Translations under genes and position numbers: made by a program | Notes under the pieces: generated by a model | What the model was told of the DNA's origin: nothing | Database searches by the model: none | What the model saw: the letters and a program-made list of their open reading frames with translations, nothing else | NCBI GenBank assembly: GCA_016748015.1 | Contig: JAAOMT010000134.1 | Coordinates: 1,246,757-1,310,756, forward strand | DNA from: Geosiphon pyriformis uo1 | Taxonomy: Eukaryota; Fungi; Glomeromycota | Length of the DNA: 64,000 bases | Reading direction: 5' to 3' | Shown: positions 1 to 12,250 of the stretch, in pieces | Layout of the letters: each line of letters starts with the position of its first letter | Position numbering within the stretch: the first letter of the stretch is position 1

Positions 1-2249
1 TCCAAATTAGGTTGCATGAGAATGGATTCTGTAACCAGTTTTTCCTTCAGAATTTCAAATGCTTTTTGTTGATGAGTGCCCCAGTGATAATTGATGTTTT
101 TCCTAAGTAGCTGATTGAGAGGAGCAGCAATTTTGGAGAAATCCTTGACAAACTTGTGATAATAAGAGGCCAAACCAAGAAAAGAGCATAGTTCATGAAC
201 ATTTATTGGTTGTCTAATGTTTTGAACTTTTTCAATTTTGGCTGGATCAGGAAAGATTCTATCTTTTGTAATAAAATGGCCAAGAAACTGGGTGGATTGA
301 CGTCTAAAGAATAATTTGATTGGATTAATCTTGAGACCAGCATTTCTAAGGAGGTCAAAAACCTTTTGCAAATGTTCAAGGTGTTCATCCCAGTTTTTTG
401 AGTATACCATTATGTCGTCTAAGTAGACTAGAACAAAGTTTTCTTTTACTGATTCAAATACTTTGTCCATTAAGTATTGAAAAGTGGAAGGAGCATTTGT
501 AAGACCAAAAGGCATGACTGTGAATTCATAGGTACCATACTTGGTGATGAAGACAGTTTTCTTTCTGCTTTCTGGATTCATCTCTACTTGCCAGAATCCA
601 GCAGTTAAGTCAATGGTTGAGAAGAAAGCGGCACCATGGAATTGGTCTAGCATTGCATCAATCTTGGAAAGTGGGTACATGTCTCTTTCAGTAATGGCAT
701 TTAATTGGTGATAGTCAACACAAAAGCGTAGGGTTCCCCCTTTCTTGGATACCACTACAACTGGAAATGCCCATTCACTCTTGGTTTCCTGTATGAATCC
801 AAGGGTTTTCATTTGGGTTATTTCTTTTTTGATAAACTCATCATTGTGCTGGTTGAATTGATAGGACTTCAAATGGATGAGGTGGGTTTCTCTGGTAATG
901 ATAGTGTGTTGTATCACATGTGTACGTCCAGGAGGTTCACCTTTTTTTGAGATAACTGGGCTGTTTCTAGCCAGCAGGCTTTCAATGTCTACTTTTCTTT
1001 CTTCTGGAGAGAGTTCTCTTTGTTCTACAACCAGTGATTGGATTTTAGGTGGTTTGTTTTCAAAGGACTTTTGGACTTCTTTTATTTCCTCTCGGGGTAT
1101 TAAGCTGATTGGTTCCCAATCTTTGTAATAGATCAGACAGGACATGCATTCATCACTAGGAGAATACAATGGTTTGTCACACCAGCACCAGGCACAAGGA
1201 CCATGCCACCAATAACTGTATTTGGCTTTCATGTCTGGCTTTCTGTCAAAGGTTCTTCTGAGCATGTCATAATAAGGCCAGCAGATCAGCTTGCCATTGA
1301 CAATGATTTCTTCTTTATCTGTCTTGACATTATCCAGTGGTTTGCAGTTTCTTCTTGTTCTTCTTGTTCTTCTTCTTCCTCACTTTCTTTATCATCTGAT
1401 TCGTCTGATTCATTTTCTTCTGGGCTCTGCTTGAGTACTGGGGGAGTTGTCCAATGGTGACACTTAACCACAATGGGTTTCTCACCACATCTGATGGTTA
1501 GTTTACAGAGTTTATAATCAAGCAAAGTCTTTGCTTTCTTGAGCTATTCATTGCCAACAATGATGGTGTATTCTTTTGCTTCAGACACTTCCATATCAGT
1601 TTCAATGCTGATGCCATTAATGCAAACAGGAATAGCTTTAGCTATGCCAAGCCCTTTTTTCTTATCACCATGCACATTGGTCATTGGTCGTGTGGATGGT
1701 TCATCAATTTTTCTGCCAATTGCTTCAAAAAAGTGTTTGGCAATAACACTAACAGATGATCCACTGTTTAGGATCAAATCGATGAAGTAGCCAGCTACTT
1801 GGGCTTTACAAATTAGAGGAGTGACATTGCTATTGTCAGCAAGTCCAGCTTGGCGAGGGCGTTTGTTGGTTTTGGGTGTCTTTTTCTTTGAAATCAGGGA
1901 TTTGCGAAGATTTTTTCTGAATTGTGGATGGGTCATCAATTGGCCAAAGGTTATATGCACTGGGGTTTCCATAAGGTCTTTGACAACAGAATAGGGGCCG
2001 GATTTTTGTACTATTTCTGGGAGTTCCAACTTTGGCTTTTGGGAGCTCATTGTTGTCAGCAGTTGATGTAGAAGCTTTATTGGGATCTAGAACGAAATCA
2101 ACTTTGTCTTTCTTCTTCTTTCTTGTGGATTCAGAGGGGTTGATTGCTAATTCATTCATGTCATGGTCATCATCAGTTAAGTTAAAAGCGTAAAAAGGGT
2201 TTTCTTCTGGTTGGCTTGCACTCTCACTCTTTAGAGGTGCGCCTACCAG
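1..2249 (-). pseudogene. pol: pol (PR-RT) of copy A, disrupted
   Basis: Fragments 1836-2159 and 1544-2050 (aspartic protease). RT sequence is collinear with the + strand copies. Confidence 0.9.
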
Positions 2250-3796
2250 TTTAAAGGCTGATAAACAGTGGCTTCAACTAGGGGATCCTCTCCAAAAAAA
2301 TTGATGTTGGCATGATTGGGTCTTTGGTTGGGCACATTGTTGTTGTTGATCCTGTTGTTCTGAGCATCATTGTTTCTGGAGACTGGTGAAGGCAGTGGAG
2401 GATTGTTGCAATCTCTTGAAAAGTGTCCAGTTAATCTACAGCAATAGCATACAGGTGGGCCATGATTTTGCTGTCTTTGATAAGGTGGTTGCTGGGGCTG
2501 ATTGAAGCATGGTTCAAATCTGGGTCTTTGTGGTTGCTGATTTTCTCTAACTGCTTGGGCTAAGAGTTCTAATAACTGGGCAAGATTTGCTGTGAATCTG
2601 TCTATTAACTGTTCATTTGGATCTTGAGTGTGAGTGGCAAAAGAAGTAGCAGCCATTTGAGGGGCAGAAGCCATAACAGGAACAGGAGCAAAAACTGGTA
2701 GTGTGGATTCCAAGTGCATCCTTTGGTTATCTTCAATTCTTTGTGCTAATTCAATGGCCATATCCATGGTGAGATTATCTTTTAGGGCCAGGAGGGGCCA
2801 AAGAGCATACGATAGATCAGTTCTCAATCCTTTTGTGAAGAAGTAAATTTTCTGCTCTTCTGTCCAATTTTTTCCAGTGTCTACTTGTTTGATTAACTTT
2901 TTAATTGCTTTGACATATTCGGTTACAACTTCACCGGGACCTTGGGTTCTTCTTTCCAATTCCATATGCCATTTTGATATTAATATTAGGGTTCTGAACT
3001 TGTTTTCAAACCGGGTAGTAAAAAAAGTGTTGATTTCTCCCACATTTGCTGGTGTCTATCTAATGATTTTTTGCTGGATGTTGGCATCTGTTTCTTGTGA
3101 GAACCAGGTAGCAGGGGATCCTTGAAGGTAGCCACCAACAATTTGGAACTTGTACTCATTGTCATATTGATTGGCTGTAGCAGCTCTTTCAAAGTCATTC
3201 AACCATTCAATTGGATCTTGTGCATTACCTCTAAATAATGGTATTGGGGTGTTGTTTCTTCGCCCTAGAGCAGTTTGTATACCTTGGAGGGCAGCCAGAA
3301 TGTTTGCTTGCATGGAGTCATTAGCCATTGGTTCAGGGGTAACTGTTTGTGTAGACGAGTTTAATTCGCTTGATAAAAGATCAAAAACAGGGGCAGTTTG
3401 GTAGCTTTCTTCTTCTGTTTCAAAGGGAGTTTCAGTTGCTTGATGGGCAGCAATCCAAATGTGGATTTGATGATTCAGATATTCGAAATCAGGTGGCTGT
3501 TGTTCAAAGGTTGCAAAATATAAGAGCTGATTGATACTGTTGTTTCTTTCTTCAAAGTTGTTTTCAAAATAAGCTTGGTCAAAGTAATAGATTGTATAAG
3601 CTGTGTAGGTTTTAGCTGAATGCTCATTCAGGAACCAGTTTCAAAAGTCTTAGAATTGTCTACTGGATTGTTCTTCAAGGGAGAAACAGATTAAGCAGGA
3701 GGGCAGAGGATTAAGTTCAATAAAATCTAGGTCATTTCTGTTGTGTGCTGCAAAGTGTTCTTCTAATTGCTATGGCAGATATGAGTAATCACCCAT
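2243..3796 (-). pseudogene. gag: gag of copy A (N-terminal extension, capsid, zinc knuckle), disrupted
   Basis: ORF fragments 3056-3328 and 2243-3043. Ends ATVYQPLNW* as in the other copies. Confidence 0.9.
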
Positions 3797-3825
3797 ACAA
3801 TGAGAGAATAAGTGAATTTTGACAA

Positions 3826-3842
3826 CCTCACAGGGAGCACCA
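3826..3842 (-). promoter_or_regulatory. Primer binding site (elongator tRNA-Met type)
   Basis: The + strand reads CCTCACAGGGAGCACCA, i.e. T-stem, acceptor strand and CCA of a tRNA. It lies 6 nt from the LTR end. Confidence 0.8.
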
Positions 3843-3848
3843 CTTTTA

Positions 3849-4563
3849 TGTTACGGGTTGGAGTAACAAGCTAACGGATAGCAAGGAAGAACAGTATTGT
3901 ATGGTGATGGAAATAAACAAAGAAGAAATTACAATAAGGGAGCAAATTAAATAAGTAGGAATTTAATGTGCGTGATCAGTCTCATAAAAATCACAGTCGC
4001 TATTCTTTTCTTAAATCTGAAGGTAGAGAAATAGTTCGTGATTGTCAACAAGATAACACTGCTGCTATTATTCTATGCCTCAACTCGGTGATTCTTAGAA
4101 TCAATAACAGGTATCATTGTACTTTTCAATCATTTCTTTATTCAATGAATTACAAAAGCAAGCCAATTGCTTCTCAGACTAATTCTAACAAATACAAATC
4201 AAAAAAGGGAAAAGATAAGGTATGTGAATGCCGACAAGTAGATACTTGAAGGTAAGGAAAGAGGAATAAGTGATTATGAGAGGAAGTAATTGATATTGTT
4301 TTATTTCGTTACTTTGATCATGTTTTTCTATAGCTAAGAGAATCATTGCTTATATAGTTATCTAAAGTGGTCAACAACCAGGTCAACGATTAGGTTAATG
4401 ATCAGGTCATTGATTAGGTCAATGATCAGATCAATGATCAGGTTAACGGTCAGGTCATTGATCAGGTCAATAATCACTATCTAAAAATAGAGTGGCTAAT
4501 TATATGACATCAGTGGCTAATACATGTGATAATTAATAAAAACTATGTGTTTCAACCATAACA
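3849..4563 (-). repeat. 5' LTR of copy A
   Basis: Termini tgttacgg...ccataaca, adjacent to the PBS. Contains the 12-bp array at about 4370-4477. Confidence 0.95.
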
Positions 4564-5627
4564 TTATGATCCACCTATGAGAAGATCAGCCTTCCAGTAT
4601 CAAATCTAGTCCTGATCAAACTGCTAAGTGGATGAGTAGTATGGTTAAGAATAGTTATGAGCTTGTTAGCATTATAGGTAAGATGTATAAATTAGAAATG
4701 TTTGATACTGTTATAGTTAAAACACATAGTTTTTATTAATTATCACATGTATTAGCCACTGATGTCATATAATTAGCCACCTTATTTTTAGATAGTGATC
4801 AATGACTTGATCATTGACCTGATTATTGATCTGACCGTTGACCTGATCATTGACCTGATCATTGACCTGATCAATGACCTGATTATTGACCTGATCATTG
4901 ACTTGATCATTGACCTGGTCGTTGACCACTTTAGATAGCTATATAAGCGATGATTCTCTTAGCTGTAGAAAGACATGATCAAAGTAATAAAATAAACAAT
5001 ATTAATTACTTCCTCTCATAATTGCTTATTCCCCTTTCCTTACCTTCAAGTATCTACTTGTTGGCATTCACATACCTTATTTTTTTCCCTTCTTGATTTG
5101 TATTTGTTAGAATTAGCCTGAGAAGCAATTGGCTTGCTCTTGTAATTCATTGAATAAAGAAATGATTGAAAAGTACAATGATACCTGTTATTGATTCTAA
5201 GAATCGCCGAGTTGAGGCATAGAATAATAGCAGTGGTGTTATCTTGTTGACAATCACGGACTGTTCCTCTACCTTCAGATTTAAGAAAAGATTAGTGACT
5301 GTGATTTTTATGAGACTGATCACGCATATTGAATTCCTACTTATTCAATTTGCTCCCTTATTGTAATTCCTTCTTTGTTTATTTCCATCACCATACAATA
5401 CTGTTTTTTCTTGCTATCCGTTAGCTTGTTACTCCAATCCGTAATAATACATTAAGTAGTAAAGGTAGTACTAGCATGTAGTTAGGGCTTTCTACTAAGT
5501 GGTTAACTGCATCTTGTAATATTTGTATTATTGGGTGAGCTGGCTTTATAAAACTGTCACATTACTGTTGACTTAACTAATAAACAATCAGCATGGCTAC
5601 ACATTAACAAAAAAAATAAAAAAAAAA
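4564..5627 (+). mobile_element. 3' end of ORF1-only non-LTR element, copy P (interrupted by copy A and by a solo LTR)
   Basis: Encodes ...DQTAKWMS...KGSTSM* (stop 5479-5481), followed by the family 3' UTR and poly(A) at about 5609-5627. Confidence 0.9.
4709..5446 (+). repeat. Solo LTR, TSD ATAC
   Basis: ATAC at 4705-4708 and 5447-5450. The host sequence resumes exactly. Confidence 0.93.
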
Positions 5628-7759
5628 GAAAGTTTATGATGTATTCCCATTTTTCTACAAAGTTCTTCAATCTGTGTACTGAGAAAAGCTCTTCCTCTAT
5701 TAGATAAAAGTTTTTTGGGACAGCCATGATGGTAGATGATATCTTTATAAATGAAATTAGCTATTGAGACTGCCATTTGATCTGGAATGGCTCTTGCTTT
5801 TACCCATTTTGTAAGATAGTTAATAGCTGTGATAATATATCTGTTGCCATTAGGAGTTATTATTAAAGATTCAACAACATCTATACTAATTCTGTCAAAT
5901 GGTTGACCAACAGAGATTGGATGAATATTTTCTTTGTGATTGGATTTGCCTCTTTTTTGGCAAATGTTACAGGTTTTGATGTATTCAGCAATGTTTTTTC
6001 CCAAGGTAGGCCAATAATAGTGAGCTAAAGTTTTCTGAATTGTCTTTGTTTTTTCAAAGTGTCCAGCTAATGGGTTAGTGTACATGTTGTATATTACAAT
6101 TTCTCTTTCTTCAAATCTGATGACTCTTTGGGAGTGGTCAGGATCTTTTTTATTTCTTTTATATAGCTGGTTCTGGTGAATCAAATAGAAATTTGATTGT
6201 TTGTGCAAATGTTCTCTTTGCTGTTAAGTGTATTCCAGTGGGTATTGTTCTTTACCCAAAAATTCTATTAAGGCAAAGTAGTTGTCCAAGTCTATTATTG
6301 TGTTTGTTTGTGAAAAAGTTACTAATAATTAAGTTGGTTTGGTTTGAGGAGTTGTACTATCACTGGATGGTAAGTTTAAAAAAAGTGTCAGCATTTTGAT
6401 AATTTGCTTCTTTGCAGTGTTGAATATCATAGTCAAATTCATTCAAGTAGAGTATTCAGTAAGTTATTTATTTGTGTTCCAGCTTCTTTTTATTGTGCAG
6501 CCAAACCAAGGCTTAATGATCTGTTACCACTAAGAATTTTGTACCAAGAAGATATTGATCCCAATAGCTAGTAGTCCAAACTACTATTAAATATTCTTAT
6601 TCAATAACTGAATAGTTTTTTTCTGCTTGTGTAAGGGATCTACTGGCATATGCTATCGCATGTTCTCTGCTATTTTCATCTTTCTGTGAAAGAACAGCAC
6701 CAAGTCCATAGCCAGATGCATCAGTGTGGAGGATAAAAGATTGATCCAGATCAGATTGCTTGAGAATTGGTTCAGTAACAAGTTTTTCCTTTAGAATTTC
6801 AAAAGCTTTTTGTTAATGAGTGTCCCAGTAATAATTGACATTTTTTCTGAGTAGCCAATTGAAAGAAAAGGCAATTTTAGAGAAATTCTTAATAAATTTG
6901 CAATAGTAAGAGGCCAAACCAAGGAAAGAGTGTAGTTTAGAAACAATTTTAGCTGGGTCAGGAAAGATTCCATCTTTTGTAATAAGATGACCAAGGAACT
7001 AGGTGGATTGGTGTCTAAAGAAAAATTTGATTGGATTGATCTTAAGGCCAGCATTTCTGAGCAGGTCAAAAACTTTCTGTAAATGTTCAAGGTATTCATC
7101 CCAGGTTTTTGAATATACCATTATATTATCCAAGTAAACCAGAACAAAGTTTTCTTTTACTGATTCAAACACTTTATCTATTAGGCATTGAAAGGTAGAA
7201 GGAGCATTGGTGAAACCAGAAGGCATGACTGTAAATTCATAGATGCCATACTTGGTGATAAAGGCAGTTTTTTTCTGCTTTCTGGATTCATTTCTACTTG
7301 TCAGAATTCAGCAGTTAAGTCAATGGTTGAGAAAAAAACAGCACCATTGAATTTATCTAGCATTGCATCAATTTTGAGGAGTGGGTACATGTCTCTTATA
7401 GTGATGGCATTTAATTGGCAGTAGTTAACACAGAAGTGTAGGGTTTCACCTTTCTTAGATACTACTACAACTGAGAAAGCCCATTCACTCTTGGTTTCTT
7501 GTATGAATCCAAGATCTTTCATCCTATTTATCTCTTTTTTAATAAATTCATCATTGTGTCGATTGGATTGATAAGGTTTCAAATAGATAAGACAAAGTTC
7601 TTTTGTGATAATGGTGTGTTGTATCACATAAGTTCGTCCAGAGGTATCACTTTTTTTTGAAATAACTGGGCCATTTCTAGCCAACAGATTTTCAATGTCC
7701 ACTTTTTTTTCTTCAGAGGAAGATTTTCTTTGTTCTATAATTAGGAATTGGATTTCAGG

Positions 7760-10700
7760 ACTAAGCTATTTGTTTGAGAGTGGTATGGAGAAAAAAGTTT
7801 ATTAGTTAAGTCACAAACTTTTTCTCTCCTAAATTTCATGACTGCAAATAAAGCTAAGAGTAAAAAAGTTACAAATGTTACTTTTTCTATAGTAACTAAT
7901 AAAGTTTCAATAAAAGAGGGTCTCTCTGTTATTGAAGTAGCTAGACAAAATGTTCTGGCAACATTTCCTTTAAAAAATACTAGTGATAAGCTGCTTTTAG
8001 CAGCTTCTGGTTCATTTTTTTCACCTTTGGCTGGTAGTTTTTCTTCAGTCAAAGTTCCTTCCAAAAGACACACTTGGGTTAGTTTCTACTACTTCCAAAA
8101 GCCCAAAAATTTTTAATAATAGACCAGTCAACAAGTTGGTCTTTCCTGCTCTCACCACTCTTACTACTACTTCTACTATTACTGCTTTACAAATAGTCAC
8201 AAAAGTGAAAAATTCCAAAAAACAGCAACATACAGTCACAACTGCTATGGTCACACCAAACCCCTTTGTGGTTTCAGATGAGATCTTGGGTAAGATCTCC
8301 ACAGCAGCAGCCAGCCCTCTTTCTGATAAAGATGGCAACAGCAGCAGCATATCTCCCAAAATAGGCCAAGATTAACCATTGGCTGTGTTGCCTGATATAG
8401 TACTCTTCAGCAAATTATTGCCAATCCCAGTAGCAAAACAGTCCATCAATCCAGATGATCTCAAAGATTGGGCTGATCAGATGGAAGTGGAATTAACTGT
8501 CCCTCCCCCAGTTTCTGGTGCTGCTGATGATGGTGTTTGGAAAAATGTGAATGGTCATTAGAGATTCTCTGGTTGAGTGGCCTCCAATATAATACCTGGT
8601 ACTATATTTAAAATCAAAATGGCCCTGCTTGGTTCCTTGTTTCAGTTACTGCCTGGTTGTATTGGGCTTAAGTCAGTTTCACAAGATGCTGTTAAGTTGT
8701 TCTGTGTGAAATTTGCATCTCAGAAGAGTCTAAATGGTGCCACCAAAGTGGCCATCAGTGATGAGGTTTTTTTGACTACTCTTAAGATTGTATGGTTTTC
8801 TGGTGTGGTCTCTGTTTTTTCCCCCTCCTTGTCAGTTGCATTGTGCGATGTACCTTTGGGTACCTCTTCTGATGACATCAAAACTGCTCTTGGCATTTTT
8901 GGTGTTGTCACTTCTGTTAAGTTGAAGCCTGCTGACTTATGGCAATATGCTGTGGTTAATTTTAAGGACATTTCTTCTGCTGCTGCTGCTCTTTCTAACT
9001 GGTCTGTATTGGTCAGAAAAGATAGTGTTAGGATTTTTCCCATTGCCAACCAAAAGGAGGTTATCTCTTCAAGAGATGCATTCAATGCTAAGTTGGTCAA
9101 TCTTCCATTTGGCTGTACTGTCTTTGAGATAAGTGATTTGGTCTCCCAAGTTGGTGGCCATACATGTTTCATTCCTCGCTCCTTTGAATTTTATCAACAT
9201 CAATGCTTTGCTGTAGTTACCTTTGATTCTTTGGAATCTCTGAATGTTGCTGTATCAAAAACTAGTACTTTGCATGGTTGTCATATCTGGTAAGAAACCC
9301 CTGGGTGTTACCACTGCTACAGGTGTCAAGACTTGAGTTATTTGGCTGTGGACTGCAAAAAATTACCTCCTCTCTTACCCAAACTTCCTTCCAACTCCAT
9401 TGGTGGTCCTAAGAATTTTAAATCTTCATTCATTGGATCTAAATTTTATGCCAAGGCTGCTGCTTTTGTGGTTTCTTCTGGTGCTGCTGCTGATATGGAC
9501 TTGAATCTTGGTGGTTCTCCCAAAACTACTGTTATGGTTGAAACCCATAATTTTTATTAGTTATCACATGTATTAGCCACTCTATTTTTAGATAGTGATC
9601 ATTAACCTGATCAATGACCTGACCATTGACCTGATCATTGACCTGATCATTGACCTAGTTGTTGACCACTTTCATTAGCTATATAAGCAATGAGTCTCTT
9701 AGCTGTAGAAAATTATCTCTTAGACAAGAATCAAATAAATAAAAATAACAACTTTTATCTCAATTACTCTCTTATTGCTAATTTCCCTTTCCCTACCTTC
9801 AAATATCCAAACATCTTAGGATAAAAGATTACTTGTTAGTCTTTTCCTGTTTGAATAATTGTAGTATTTGAAGACTATTTGAATAAACATGACTGAAGAG
9901 CACAAGTTGATATCTGATATTGAATTCTAAGAGTGCCGATGTGAAGGCATAGAATTAATACCAGTGGTGATCAATTGTTGACAGTATGGACTATCTTTCT
10001 ACCTTCAAATTCTCCAGTTATTTTTTAAAAAGAATAGCAACTGAGATATTTTATGAGACTGATTTCGCATATTGAATCCATACTTATTCAATTTGCTCTT
10101 TAAAGTTGAATTTCTCTTTGATTATTTCCATCACCCTACAATCCTGTTCTCTCTTGCTATCCGTTAGCTTGTTACTCTAACCCATAACACTACAATACCC
10201 ATGTTGTCTGCTGTCCTTTTTGTTCCCAATACTGCTGTTGAATCTAGGTTGGCTTCTCTTGAATTCCACTTTAGTGAACTATCTGTATTGATAAAATTTT
10301 TAGTTGAATCTGTTAGTGCTCTGGTTGCATTGGTTACCAAATTGCTGTTTACTCCATTTGCTGTGAATGTGTTGGTTAAGAAATGTGTGGATGGGTTGGC
10401 TAAGCAAAATAAAAACTTGGTTGCTATTGCTTCCATAATGCAGAAAAGAATGATACGTCTTGAAAAAATATATGAACAGATCTACTCAGAGAACAGATCT
10501 GATGTTGATGACATGATTGATAATGTTAATGATGATGATGATGAAGATAAAGACTTTTCAGTTTATAATAACACCTTCAATATCATGATGCATCTATGGG
10601 AAGAACAGTCTTCCAGAATCAAATCCAGTTCTGATCAGACTGCTAAGTGGATGAGTGGTATAATTAAAAATAGTTATGAGCTTGTTAGCATTATGGGTAA

Positions 10701-10902
10701 GATGTATGAATTAGATATGTTTGATACATTAAGTAACAAAGATAGTACTAGCATGTAGTTAGGGCTTTCTGTTTGTGGTTAGCTGCATCTTGTGATTTTG
10801 TATTATTGGGTGAGCTGGCTTTATGAAAAGATCATGCTCTTTGAGTATGGCTAAACTAATAAAAGATTAGCATGGCTACACATTAACAAAAAAAAAAAAA
10901 AA
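7760..10902 (+). mobile_element. ORF1-only non-LTR element, copy M (full length, carries a solo LTR)
   Basis: ATG at 7838 to stop at 10758, poly(A) to 10902. Decayed ~15-bp TSD (ggaattggatttcagg / ggattggatttttgg). Confidence 0.88.
9530..10189 (+). repeat. Solo LTR (second LTR subtype), TSD CTAC
   Basis: CTAC at 9526-9529 and 10190-10193. Confidence 0.93.
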
Positions 10903-12250
10903 GGATTGGATTTTTGGTGGTTCACTCTCAAAGGACTTCTGTATTTTTTTTAGTTCTTCTCTAGATATCAAACTAATTGGCTTCCAATCTTTGTAATAAA
11001 TTAAGCAGGACTTGCATTCATTACTAGGGGAATACAAAGATTTATCACACCAGCACCTGGCACAAGAACCATGTTACCAATAGTTGTATTTGGCTTTCTT
11101 GCCAGGTTTTCTTTCAAAGGTTCTTCTGAGAATGTTATAGTAGGGCCAGCAGATCAGCTTGCCATTTACCATGCTTCCTTCTTTGTCAGCTTTAACATTG
11201 TCCAGTGGCTTGCCATTATTGGTAAAGATAGTATAAGTGAGTTTAGCAGTTTCTTTTTGTTCTTTTTGATCTTCTTCATCATCACTTTCATCATCATCTG
11301 ATTCATCTGATTGTTCTTTTTGGTTCTGTTTGGTTACTGGAAGAGTTGTCTAATAATGGCATTTAACTATAATGGGTTTCTCACCACATTTGATGATTAG
11401 CTTGCAAAGTTCATAGTTAAGTAGTGTTTTGGCTTTCTTAAACCACTCATTACCAACAATAATAGTATACTCTTTTGCTTCAGATACTTCCATGTCTGTT
11501 TTGATGCTAATACCATTGATGTGAATAGGAACAGCTTTGGCTATACTCAGATCTTTCTTTTTGTCACCATGTACATTGGTCATAGACTGGGTAGAAAGTT
11601 CATCAATCTTTCTTCCAATGGCTTCTAGAAAGTGTTTGGCAATTACAGTAATAGATGATTCACTGTTTAGAATCAAATCAATAAAGTAGCCAGCCACTTG
11701 GGCTTTGCAAATCAGAGGAGTGACATTGCTGTTGTCAGCAAGTCCAGCTTAACGAGGATGCTTATTGGTTTTTGGTGTCTTCTTTTTTGGTATCAATGAT
11801 TTGTGAAGGTCTTGTTTGAACTGTGGATGGGTCATTAGTTGGCCAAATGTAATGTATGCTGGAATTTTCATAAGATTTTTAACAACAGAATAGGCGCCAG
11901 ATTTTTGTACTATTTTTGAAGGTTTTAACTTTGGAGGATTTTTAAAAACTTTAGCCTTTGGTGGCTCATTGTTGTCAGCAGTGGAAGTTAAGGCTTTGTT
12001 GAGATCTAGAATGAAATCAACCTTGGCTTTCTTCTTCTTTCTTGTTAAGTCAAAGGTATTGATTGTCAGTTCATTTATATTATGGTTATCATTAGTTAGG
12101 TTAAAGGCATAAAAGAAGTTTTCTTCTGATTGGCTTGCACTCTCACTCTTTGGAGATGTGCCTACCAGGAATCCTCTTCAAAGAAATTGATGTTGGCATG
12201 ATTGGGTCTTTGGGTCTGTTATTCTAGGTGTCATTATTTCTAGGAGCTGG

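Larger units (their letters stand above)
1..4563 (-). mobile_element. Ty3/Gypsy LTR retrotransposon copy A (5' LTR, PBS, gag, PR, RT; continues off the left edge)
   Basis: Reverse LTR at 3849-4563 and PBS at 3826-3842. Gag CCHC knuckle CYCCRLTGHFSRDC, protease LILNSGSS and RT YLDD motif (near 420) on the minus strand, with several stops. Confidence 0.95.
5628..12250 (-). mobile_element. Decayed Gypsy internal region, copy L (gag end, PR, RT, RNase H, integrase N-half), split by non-LTR copy M
   Basis: Integrase HHCC fragment 5597-6208, RT fragments 6999-7702, protease 11350-11697. The slippery site is deleted near 12168. Confidence 0.9.

Noticed and set aside
3940-4060. Functional tRNA-Met gene inside the LTR
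   Set aside because: Only the anticodon arm and variable loop match. There is no D-arm, no TTCGA loop and no acceptor stem in register.
4795-4927. 12-bp array considered as a CRISPR or a nuclear-receptor (AGGTCA) element
   Set aside because: There are no unique spacers or cas genes and the context is a eukaryotic LTR. The half-site match is not evidence of function.
8720-9172. Recurrent 150-aa antisense ORF (MKHVWPPTWET...) in each non-LTR copy, and other antisense ORFs over gag and pol
   Set aside because: These are shadows of the sense ORF's codon usage. They recur because the copies are homologous, and they show no independent motifs.
9333-9560. Several unrelated ORFs ending in VETH(S/N/T)FY or VETYTSY
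   Set aside because: This is read-through into the first ~30 nt of an inserted LTR, not a shared protein motif.
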